Of a DNA stretch of 64,000 bases, positions 21,411-29,838 are shown piece after piece. The notes beneath the pieces were generated by a model that searched no databases, was not told where the DNA came from, and saw only the letters and a list, made by a program, of their open reading frames with translations. A program made the position numbers and the translations under genes. Source of the DNA: Chloropicon primus (lineage: Eukaryota); the NCBI GenBank assembly GCA_023205875.1, contig CP060756.1, positions 248,001-312,000 on the forward strand. Direction: 5' to 3'. Positions within the stretch are counted from its first letter, which is position 1. Each line of letters begins with the position of its first letter.

Positions 21411-21828
21411 CAATCAATCCATTCCCAGGGGAAGCCAGGCCCTCCTCCACAATCAGTCTCGTGGCCCAATCAATCCATTCCCAGGGGAACCACCCAGCAG
21501 AAAGCCAGGCCCTCCTCCTCCACAATCAGTCTCGTGGCCCAATCAATCCATTCCCAGGGGAACCACCCAGCAGAAAGCCAGGCCCTCCTCCTCCACAATC
21601 AGTCTCGTGGCCCAATCAATCCATTCCCAGGGGAACCACCCAGCAGAAAGCCAGGCCCTCCTCCTCCACAATCAGTCTCGTGGCCCAATCAATCCATTCC
21701 CAGGGGAACCACCCAGCAGAAAGCCAGGCCCTCCTCCTCCACAATCAGTCTCGTGGCCCAATCAATCCATTCCCAGGGGAACCACCCAGCAGAAAGCCAG
21801 GCCCTCCTCCTCCACAATCAGTCTGGCC
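21411..21828. repeat. 73-bp minisatellite array (~5.7 units)
   Basis: Unit CAATCAATCCATTCCCAGGGGAACCACCCAGCAGAAAGCCAGGCCCTCCTCCTCCACAATCAGTCTCGTGGCC. Shortened unit at 21411, identical units at 21467, 21540, 21613 and 21686, last unit at 21759 lacks CGT. Confidence 0.98.
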
Positions 21829-21829
21829 G

Positions 21830-22690
21830 ATGGCGGTTAGGTGCAGACTGGAAGGAGGACGGCTGTGGGGGCTGCAGAGGGGCGTACTAGCGAGGGGCAG
21901 AAGCTTGAGTATAGTTGCCGGGAGTCGAAGGGAGGCGCACCGTGTCGTTATGCGGCGCCATCTGGTGAACGGTGCGACGTCGTCGTCGGACGAAGACGAG
22001 GCAACGTCTGTGCCCTCTTCGTCGACGACCTCGAACCTGTTCTCTGCCTTGGACGGTCTGGACGACGAGAAGCTCGAGGAAGAGGTGTCGTCCCTGCGGC
22101 CGCCTCCGGCGAGGGAGCCACGGAAGGTCAAGGGGGCGCTTGTCTGGATTGACTTGGAGATGACAGGTCTCGAGGTGGAGAACCACACGATCATTGAGAT
22201 AGCTTGCTTGGTGACGGATGGGAACCTGGATGCCAAGCACATCGGGCCCTCGCTGGTGATTCATCAAAGCGAGGATGCGATCGCGGGCATGAACGAGTGG
22301 TCCAAGGAGCACCACGCGAAGAGTGGCCTGACAGAGAGGGTGAGGCAGAGCCGGGTCACTATGGAGGAGGCCGAGGCCGAGGTCTTGAAGTTCGTGCAGA
22401 AGCACACCGAGGCTGGGAGGGCCCAGCTCGCGGGCAACAGCGTCCACACGGACTACGCCTTTCTCCGCAGGTACATGCCACGGCTCCACGCTTATCTTGA
22501 CTACAAGCTGGTCGATGTCACGACCGTGAAGGAGCTGGCACGGCGCTGGTTCCCCAGGGAATTCAGGAAGAGGCCTCGCAAGACCTTGCAGCACACGGCG
22601 ATGAGCGACATCGAGGAGAGCTTGGAGGAGCTCAAGTACTACAAGACCAGGATGTTCAAGAGGATCAAAAAAAGCAACGGAGGCTATTGA
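21830..22690 (+). CDS. ORN: Oligoribonuclease (Orn/REXO2, DEDDh) with an organellar targeting extension
   Basis: LVWIDLEMTGL, IIEIACLVTD, LAGNSVHTD, VDVTTVKELARRW and HTAMSDIEES. Confidence 0.95.
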   Translation: MAVRCRLEGGRLWGLQRGVLARGRSLSIVAGSRREAHRVVMRRHLVNGATSSSDEDEATSVPSSSTTSNLFSALDGLDDEKLEEEVSSLRPPPAREPRKVKGALVWIDLEMTGLEVENHTIIEIACLVTDGNLDAKHIGPSLVIHQSEDAIAGMNEWSKEHHAKSGLTERVRQSRVTMEEAEAEVLKFVQKHTEAGRAQLAGNSVHTDYAFLRRYMPRLHAYLDYKLVDVTTVKELARRWFPREFRKRPRKTLQHTAMSDIEESLEELKYYKTRMFKRIKKSNGGY

Positions 22691-22706
22691 ATCGTCCTAA
22701 AGTATT

Positions 22707-25700
22707 TTAACGGGAAAAGTTACTCCAGAGAAAATGTTCCCCTTCAGAAAGACTGTAGTCCTTTCCGTCGAGGTGCACGGACAGCTTCTGCCCCGCCTCC
22801 ATCCGGCTCAGAGAGAGAGACGACAGCCACACCAAGAGGTTCGATGAAGCTTCCTTGTCACCCCCGCAGAGATCCAGCAATCCACCTAGTGGGACAACGG
22901 CAGGTCGGGCGAGGATAACCACGAAAGTGGAGCCCTCTGGGCCCACCTGGCACTCCTCCTCGATCAGGGTGACAGAGTAAGCCGGCCTCTCCGAGACCGG
23001 CTTCGGAGCAACCCCGAAAGCTTGGGTAAAGTAGTCCTTCTTGCTGGCAAAGACCTTGTCGAGGCCCTTGTCGCCGATCTTGTAAAAGATATCGACCTTA
23101 TCCGAGAGCTCCAACTTGCCCTTCTTCCTCAACTTCTGCACTCTGTTGACAACCTCCCTCGCAGTCCCTGCCGCCAGGAGCTCCTCGTCGAGCTTCAGGT
23201 CCAAGATCACGAGAACGTCGCCGTCGCCGGCAGCGTCGATATTCTTGGGGTCCGCACCTTCAGGGATCTGGAATTCTCTGGTGATGTTGATATCCCCGGC
23301 CGTGAGCACGTGTCCCTCAATTGTGATTTCACCTTGGGTCTCGAACTCGCTGATTGCCGCGGCATCCAGTCCCTTGATGCCCTTTGCGACCTTGCCCATG
23401 TCCTTCCCCAAACGCTTGCCAAGAGCACCCCAATCTGGCATCGCCTTTGGTGTGCAGAATTTCGCAACGTCTGCCGAGCTCTTAATCGTCCTCACGTTGA
23501 TCTCCTCGCTGAGGTACACTTGAAGCTCCCCGGTGACATCCTCAAGGTATTCCTGGTCCGGATGAACCACTGTCATCTCTTTCAGAGGAAGCTTGGTTGG
23601 CCTCACTTGCCTGTCCCTGATAACTCTCGCGTACTCGATGACTTTTTGCATCCTTTCGACAGCCCTCTGAATCTTTTCGTCTGCCTTCTGCCTCTTCTGT
23701 GGGTCTGGGAACAGCTCCCAGTGCACACTCAAGTTTTCCTTGGTCAAGCACTTGTTCAAGTTCTTGTACATGAACTCCGTCAGGTAAGGCGTGAACGGCG
23801 CCATGACCTTGCACAGCGTCATGAGAACGTCAAACGTCACGGCAAGGGCCATCTTCGCGTCTTCCGTTCCGTTGGCTCCCTTCATTCTCTTTCTGTTGAA
23901 CCTAACGTACACATTTGTGAGGTTGTCGATGAACTTCACGAGGTAAGGCAAAACGGTGTACAGGCGGTAGGCTTCCATCTCTTGCTTGACGTATTCCACC
24001 AAACTCGTCGTGGAAGCAATCATCCATCTGTCCAACACATTCGAAGCTTGGTTCAAGTCAACATCGTTTGGGTTGAAATCAACCTTTGCGTCCTGGAAGA
24101 GCCTCTGGGCATTCTGGACGAAGAATCTGTACGCATTGTACCACGGCAAGAAAACTTCTTTAACCACGCCCAGGACCCCATCTTCCTTGAATTTGAGAGA
24201 CTCCGCTCTCACGACGGGGGAGTTCACAAGGTACATCCTCAATGCATCCGCGCCATAAGCATTCACGACCAGCTTTGGATCAGGGTAATTCTTCAGCCTT
24301 TTACTCATTTTCTTTCCATCGGAGGCCAGCACAAGTCCGTTGCAGATTAGATTCTTGAAAGGCGGCTTGTCGAAGAGAGCCGTGGACAGGACCATCAACG
24401 TGTAGAACCAACCTCTCGTCTGGTCGATTCCCTCGGCAATGAAATGAGCAGGGAAGCATTCCTCGAACTTCTCCTTGTTCTCGAAGGGGTAGTGCTGCTG
24501 GGCGTAAGGCATGCTTCCACTCTCGAACCAGCAATCGAAGACCTCGGGAATCCTTCTCAGAACTCCCTTGCCCTGCTTCGAGGGGATCTCAATCTTGTCG
24601 ATAAAGTGGCTGTGCAAATCCGTGACCTTGTGCCCAGAAAGCTCCTGCAGCTCTTGGATCGACCCGATCACAACGATCTCCTCACCGTCCTCGCTCATCC
24701 AGATGGGGATTGGAGTTCCCCAGTACCTGTTCCTGGAGATCGCCCAGTCATGCGCGTTTTCAAGCCAGTTGTGAAACCTTTTCTCCTTCACGTAAGCTGG
24801 CACCCAGTACGTCTGGTTGTTATTCTTCACAAGCTTGTCCTTGAATGACTCCACCTTAATGAACCAGCTTGGCACTGCCCTGTAAATCAAGGGGGTGTCC
24901 GATCTCCAGCAGTGTGGGTAGGAGTGAAGAAGGTTCGAAGAATCGACGAGACGTCCGGCGTTCTTGAGGTGCTTTATGATCTCCTTGTCCGCGTCCTTGA
25001 GGTACTTTCCACTGAAGTCCGAGACCACCGGCAAAAAGCAGCCGTTCGCATCTAAGGGATCGGGCAAGGTTTCACCCTTGCGAACCACGCCGTGCTTCAG
25101 GCACACCCTGTAATCATCCTCACCATACGCGGGCGCTTGGTGCACGATGCCGGTACCCGCGTCGTCCGTCACGTAGGTGTCCGAGCAGACCTGGAATGCT
25201 CCGGTTTCCCCAAGCTCCTTGAAGTAAGGGAAGAGCGGCTCGTACTTCTTTCCAACGAGGGTGGAGCCCTTGAACTTGTCGAGGATCTTGAAGCCCTCCT
25301 TCGGCTCCTCGCCCTCCTTGCCCTTGCCCTTCTTCTTCTTCTTCTTTTCCTGGGGCACGGCCCCGGGGATGGAGGACAGCCTGCTCTCCGCCACAATGTA
25401 CACCTTCCCCGTCTTTGGGTCCTGCACCTTGAGGTAATCGAACTCTGGGTGGACGCAAAGCGCGAGGTTGCTCGGGAGGGTCCAGGGCGTCGTCGTCCAA
25501 GCCACCATGGCCGCTCCGTCCTCCGCGCCGACCAAGGGGAAGTTCACAACGACAGCGGGGTCCTGCACGTCCTTGTAGTTCTGGCCAACCTCGAAGTTCG
25601 AAAGCGGGGTCGTGCAAGCCGTCGAGTAGGGCATGACCTTGAAGCCCTGGTACACCAGGTCTTTCTCGTACAGCTGCTTGAAGACCCACCACACGCTCTC

Positions 25701-26180
25701 CATGAAGGGGGGGTCGAGGGTCTTGTAGTCGTTCTCGAAGTCGATCCATCTTCCGAGTCGGATGACCGAGGTCTCCCACTCCTTGGAGTACCTCATCACG
25801 ATCCCCCTGCACTCCTCGTTGTACTTGTCGATGCCCAGCTTCATCACACCCTCCTTGCCCGAAATCCCAAGCTTCTTGTCGATCTCGAACTCGATCGGCA
25901 GGCCGTGGCAGTCCCAGCCGAAGCGCCTCGTCACGTGGTAGCCCGCACTACAAGCGTACCGGGTCACAATGTCCTTGATCGTGCCGGCGAGGATGTGCCC
26001 GTAGTGAGGCAAACCCGTCGCGAACGGCGGACCATCGTAAAACACGTACTCCGGCCTCCCCTCCGACCGGCGAAGCTGCTCCTTGAACGCATCCAGCTTC
26101 TCCCAGTCCTCCAGGATCTCCTCCTCAGTCTTCGAAAAGCTGAAGTTGTAGGTGTCCTTCACGCTATCGAAAGCGCTCAT
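22707..26180 (-). CDS. IARS1: Cytosolic isoleucyl-tRNA synthetase
   Basis: FYDGPPFATGLPHYGH, GWDCHGLP, WAISRNRYWGTP, EGIDQTRGWF and KMSKR. Confidence 0.97.
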   Translation of the reverse strand: MSAFDSVKDTYNFSFSKTEEEILEDWEKLDAFKEQLRRSEGRPEYVFYDGPPFATGLPHYGHILAGTIKDIVTRYACSAGYHVTRRFGWDCHGLPIEFEIDKKLGISGKEGVMKLGIDKYNEECRGIVMRYSKEWETSVIRLGRWIDFENDYKTLDPPFMESVWWVFKQLYEKDLVYQGFKVMPYSTACTTPLSNFEVGQNYKDVQDPAVVVNFPLVGAEDGAAMVAWTTTPWTLPSNLALCVHPEFDYLKVQDPKTGKVYIVAESRLSSIPGAVPQEKKKKKKGKGKEGEEPKEGFKILDKFKGSTLVGKKYEPLFPYFKELGETGAFQVCSDTYVTDDAGTGIVHQAPAYGEDDYRVCLKHGVVRKGETLPDPLDANGCFLPVVSDFSGKYLKDADKEIIKHLKNAGRLVDSSNLLHSYPHCWRSDTPLIYRAVPSWFIKVESFKDKLVKNNNQTYWVPAYVKEKRFHNWLENAHDWAISRNRYWGTPIPIWMSEDGEEIVVIGSIQELQELSGHKVTDLHSHFIDKIEIPSKQGKGVLRRIPEVFDCWFESGSMPYAQQHYPFENKEKFEECFPAHFIAEGIDQTRGWFYTLMVLSTALFDKPPFKNLICNGLVLASDGKKMSKRLKNYPDPKLVVNAYGADALRMYLVNSPVVRAESLKFKEDGVLGVVKEVFLPWYNAYRFFVQNAQRLFQDAKVDFNPNDVDLNQASNVLDRWMIASTTSLVEYVKQEMEAYRLYTVLPYLVKFIDNLTNVYVRFNRKRMKGANGTEDAKMALAVTFDVLMTLCKVMAPFTPYLTEFMYKNLNKCLTKENLSVHWELFPDPQKRQKADEKIQRAVERMQKVIEYARVIRDRQVRPTKLPLKEMTVVHPDQEYLEDVTGELQVYLSEEINVRTIKSSADVAKFCTPKAMPDWGALGKRLGKDMGKVAKGIKGLDAAAISEFETQGEITIEGHVLTAGDINITREFQIPEGADPKNIDAAGDGDVLVILDLKLDEELLAAGTAREVVNRVQKLRKKGKLELSDKVDIFYKIGDKGLDKVFASKKDYFTQAFGVAPKPVSERPAYSVTLIEEECQVGPEGSTFVVILARPAVVPLGGLLDLCGGDKEASSNLLVWLSSLSLSRMEAGQKLSVHLDGKDYSLSEGEHFLWSNFSR

Positions 26181-26264
26181 CCTTCACAAACACACAACCC
26201 AAAGCAACAAAAACAAAAACAAAACTTCCTCTCCTCACCTCTCCCTCTCCTCAAACCCTCACCC

Positions 26265-26319
26265 GAGCGTCGTCTCTTTCAAGCGACGGCTCTTTCGAAA
26301 GAGCAAGACACGATGCTTC
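26265..26319 (-). promoter_or_regulatory. Dispersed leader element, copy upstream of IleRS
   Basis: Contains the 16-bp palindrome GCTCTTTCGAAAGAGC. 26267-26319 matches 56638-56690 at 42/53 positions without gaps. Confidence 0.7.
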
Positions 26320-26810
26320 CGTGCGTCGCGTCCTCGAACTCTCCACCCCCCCGTCGCGACCCTCCGTCCTCGTTAAAGCCAAAGACCTCTCCCAGATCGA
26401 TCGCGATCGATCGGCGGCGATTGTTCCCCTCCCCTCTGAAAAGAAAAAATAAAATTTTCGGGTTTGACTCAGACTCTGGGAATTGATACGTTGAGACACA
26501 CCTGGAGGAGCAAGGCCAAGGCGGTGTCTTTGGACGAGAAAAGGGCCAAGAGTTGAACCAAAACGGTGATAGAGGAATACAAAGGCGAGGCTACGTCTCG
26601 AGGGCTTTCCGTAGGTACCAGGATTGTGGGATTTGACGACCGGGAAGGCCCCAAAGGTCGCGTCTTTGCCTTGCGTGCGTGGGATTGTGGGAAGGCGAGG
26701 CGGTCAGCGAAGGGCTTGCCTCTGGGGCGAGGGTGATGGAGTGAGTTCGCCGCTTGTGCACACGCCGCGAGACCAAGAGAGACCGAGTCGCGAACAGGAA
26801 AGGGGGGAGG

Positions 26811-28160
26811 ATGTCAGACCAGCAGTGGCTGGTGGAGGACGACGGTCCACCGCTGGAGACGGATGGAATCGATAGGGACACGGAGCAGTGGAAGAGGGGG
26901 GCCAGGCGGGCCAAGGCCGAGAGCACCTTCCGGAGCAGCCACGCCTCGCACAGGTTCGACAAGCAGAGGGACGTTCTGATCAAGGGGTGTGTCGAGCGAA
27001 GCGACGAGGATTGCATGATTCTGGAGGAAATTTTGGGCGACGTCAAGTTCGCTTCCTCCCTCCCCTTCGCGAAGCGTTTGGAGGTCTGCAAGGCCATGCT
27101 TTACGAGGTGGTGCCCAAGAACACCATGCTTTTCAACGAGGGAGACGTGGGGGAGGAGTTCTTCATCATTCTGTCGGGCTCCACGACGGTGTCGACTTTT
27201 GACAACGAGACGCAGCAGAACACGGATATCGCGACGCTGTACGCCGGAGACAGTTTCGGAGAGCTCGCTCTCCTGAGTGACAAGAACTTCAGGCAGGCCA
27301 GCGTGACGACCAGAGAGACCTGCGAGTTCGTCAAGCTGACGAAGAACGACTTTGACTCCATCCTGAAGACCTACAGCGTGAAGGAGCTCGGCGAGAAGAT
27401 ACAGTACCTCAAGATGATCCCCATGTTCGAGAGCCTGGACCACAGCGCCTTGCAGAGTCTGGCGTACGTGCTGACGATTCGGGAATACGACAGGAAGAAC
27501 ATCATCGTGCAGCAGGGAGATGAGCTGGACGAGATGTTTTTCGTGGTCAGCGGGACGTGCAAAGTAGTGAGGGAGGTGCCAAACTTCTTCAAGTCAAAAG
27601 GGAACGTGCATCTGAAGTTCGACATCACCAACTACAACCAGCACTTGGGTGCGGGAGCCTTTTTGAGACTGGAGGAGCTCACCAAGACCGATTCGAGCCA
27701 AGACTACCTCTCGAGCAAGAAGAGCACGAAGAAGGGGGTCGAGAACAAGGAGACGGGGGAAGGGAAGGCCCTTTGGTCAGGGGAGAGCAGGAACACGACC
27801 TTGACGATGTCGAGGGCGGAGAGGTCCCTCCCAACCCTCTTCCTCGAGATCGGGACCCTCTCCCAGTACGACTACTTTGCTGACATGGCCGTGATAAAGA
27901 AAGTCAAGCAGCACGAAACGGTCATCACGCTGTCGAAGACGACCTGCTACGTCCTGAACAAGTGGGACCTCCTGAGGCGTGTCGACAAGAGAACGATGAG
28001 CGCGTTGATGGAGAGCAGCGAGAGGCCCATCCCAAACGACGAATCGCTCAGGAAGGAGTACCTGAAAGCAAAGCAGTGGGACCAGTACAAGTCAGAACTG
28101 GTTGCCGACATCATCAAACAGAAGAAACACGTCAAGGCATTGTTCAGAGGACGGCGATAG
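26811..28160 (+). CDS. Protein with two cyclic-nucleotide-binding domains
   Basis: LFNEGDVGEEFFIILSG...GDSFGELALL...RQASV, and IVQQGDELDEMFFVVSG...DYFADMAVI. Confidence 0.88.
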   Translation: MSDQQWLVEDDGPPLETDGIDRDTEQWKRGARRAKAESTFRSSHASHRFDKQRDVLIKGCVERSDEDCMILEEILGDVKFASSLPFAKRLEVCKAMLYEVVPKNTMLFNEGDVGEEFFIILSGSTTVSTFDNETQQNTDIATLYAGDSFGELALLSDKNFRQASVTTRETCEFVKLTKNDFDSILKTYSVKELGEKIQYLKMIPMFESLDHSALQSLAYVLTIREYDRKNIIVQQGDELDEMFFVVSGTCKVVREVPNFFKSKGNVHLKFDITNYNQHLGAGAFLRLEELTKTDSSQDYLSSKKSTKKGVENKETGEGKALWSGESRNTTLTMSRAERSLPTLFLEIGTLSQYDYFADMAVIKKVKQHETVITLSKTTCYVLNKWDLLRRVDKRTMSALMESSERPIPNDESLRKEYLKAKQWDQYKSELVADIIKQKKHVKALFRGRR

Positions 28161-28236
28161 GTTGAGGGTCTCCCTTGCTTTTGTACTTTTATGCAAACAA
28201 ATTTAATAAACATACAACCTTTACACTTCACGAATC

Positions 28237-29136
28237 TCAGGAGCACTCCGCGGTCCTCAAACCGGCCACCAGACTGAGGTATTCCGGGCAGTTGTCGGGC
28301 GTGATGTACCCGTGCCTGACCAAAAAGTCGAGGATAACGAGGTTGCAGTTCTGTTTGAACTCGTCCGTCTCCAAGACGGTGGCCATCACCCGTTCCACGG
28401 GCCAGAGCATGAATTCCTCGACCTCCCCGTCGTTGTTGCTTGGCGTGAAGCTGGCCGGCAGCTTGAGGTCGTAACAGAAGAGAACGTCCCGCTTCAGACC
28501 TCTCGCGCCCCCCCAGTTCACATCGCCCTCCTCCACGAGAAACTCGTAAGACACCGCACCAGCGGGCCTGGCCGTCTCCGCAAGGTCTTTGGGGACGTTG
28601 GCCTCCTCCTCGCACTCCTTTATCACGTTCTCCAAGAGGTAGAGGCCGTGGGGTTGTCCCCCGGCCACGAGGTGGTCTAACTTGCTCGGGGAGGTCGCCT
28701 TTGTCTTCGACCTCCGGGCCACCCACATGCTCTTCGAGCCGTCCCCGTGCTCCACGTACGCGCAGACGTGCACGCCGTACGCTTTCAGGCCAAAAAATGG
28801 GCAAGCTGCCCTCTCCATGAGGAAGAAGGGCTCCTGGTAGAAGCTCGAGGTTACCGGATACAGCTCGTCCCTCCAGCCCGTGATCGTCCCCTCCTCCCTC
28901 AGGGCCGCAAGTACTCTCGATACGGCCTCTGTCCTCTCCTTGGGACGCCGCAGCCGTTCTGCCAGCGTGACCCCGGATGCGGAAACCTCGAAGCACTCGT
29001 CGAAACGCTCGAGGCGCCTCGCAAAGTCCGACCTGCAGTACCCAGCGACCACGGCGTCCACTGTGAAGGGCAGGAGTCCCGCCGCCTGCCTTCCCTCCGC
29101 GTTCCCGGTATTGCACCTCCTCACCCACTTGTTCAT
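28237..29136 (-). CDS. Nudix hydrolase, NUDX20/YJR142W-like
   Basis: GWRDELYPV, MERAACPFFG, YGVH, WVARRSKTK, LDHLVAGG...KECEEEAN, PSNNDGEVEEF and DFLVRHG. Confidence 0.9.
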   Translation of the reverse strand: MNKWVRRCNTGNAEGRQAAGLLPFTVDAVVAGYCRSDFARRLERFDECFEVSASGVTLAERLRRPKERTEAVSRVLAALREEGTITGWRDELYPVTSSFYQEPFFLMERAACPFFGLKAYGVHVCAYVEHGDGSKSMWVARRSKTKATSPSKLDHLVAGGQPHGLYLLENVIKECEEEANVPKDLAETARPAGAVSYEFLVEEGDVNWGGARGLKRDVLFCYDLKLPASFTPSNNDGEVEEFMLWPVERVMATVLETDEFKQNCNLVILDFLVRHGYITPDNCPEYLSLVAGLRTAECS

Positions 29137-29140
29137 CCTG

Positions 29141-29557
29141 CGCAACCGATCGCTCCAACACCCTCACCTTTCCTCCCCCTTCGACTCGCACAACAACAAC
29201 AACAACAACAACAACAACACGATTCGCTGGGGATGAATCAGGTCGATCGCCAAGCCACCCAGGTGATGCTTGGGTCCACGGCAAGAGAACGAAGCGTTCT
29301 ATCGATCGTGACGCTCCTCCGTCGCAACCGACGCAACCGATCGCTCCAACACCCTCGCCTTTCCTCCCCCTTCGACTCGCACAACAACAACAACAACAAC
29401 AACACGATTCGCTGGGGATGAATCAGGTCGCTCGCCAAGCCACCCAGGTGATGCTTGGGTCCACAGCAAGAGAACGAAGCGTTCTATCGATCGTGACCCT
29501 CCTCCGTCGCAACCGACGCAACCGATCGCTCCAACACCCTCGCCTTTCCTCCCCCTT
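29141..29557. repeat. ~190-bp tandem duplication (2.2 copies) containing (CAA)n, abutting the Nudix start
   Basis: Unit starts at 29141, 29332 and 29517. Periods are 191 and 185 bp; the difference is two CAA triplets. Confidence 0.95.
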
Positions 29558-29838
29558 TCCTCTCCTCCTCTCCCCCTTCTCCCCTCTGCGATCGATCTCG
29601 CTGCTCGATCTGTCAAATTTGTCTTTTGATTATTTTGAGCGATGGATTGATGACGAGGAGGAAGGGTGAGGGTGGCGTCGGCCCAAAGGCGGTGGTGTAC
29701 GAGGACGAGGACGAGCGGTGGGTTGGGTTGGTGGCAAGAGGACTCGATGGCAATCCAGGGTATGAGAGGTTTAGACCTTTGGGAGGCGTAAGGGAGGACA
29801 CACACACACACACACACACACGAGCGGGAGGGAGCGAG

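Noticed and set aside
21411..21828. 73-bp array as a CRISPR array, or as an N-terminal extension of Orn
   Set aside because: The units are contiguous and identical with no unique spacers, there are no cas genes, and the context is eukaryotic. The ORFs crossing the array lack an ATG.
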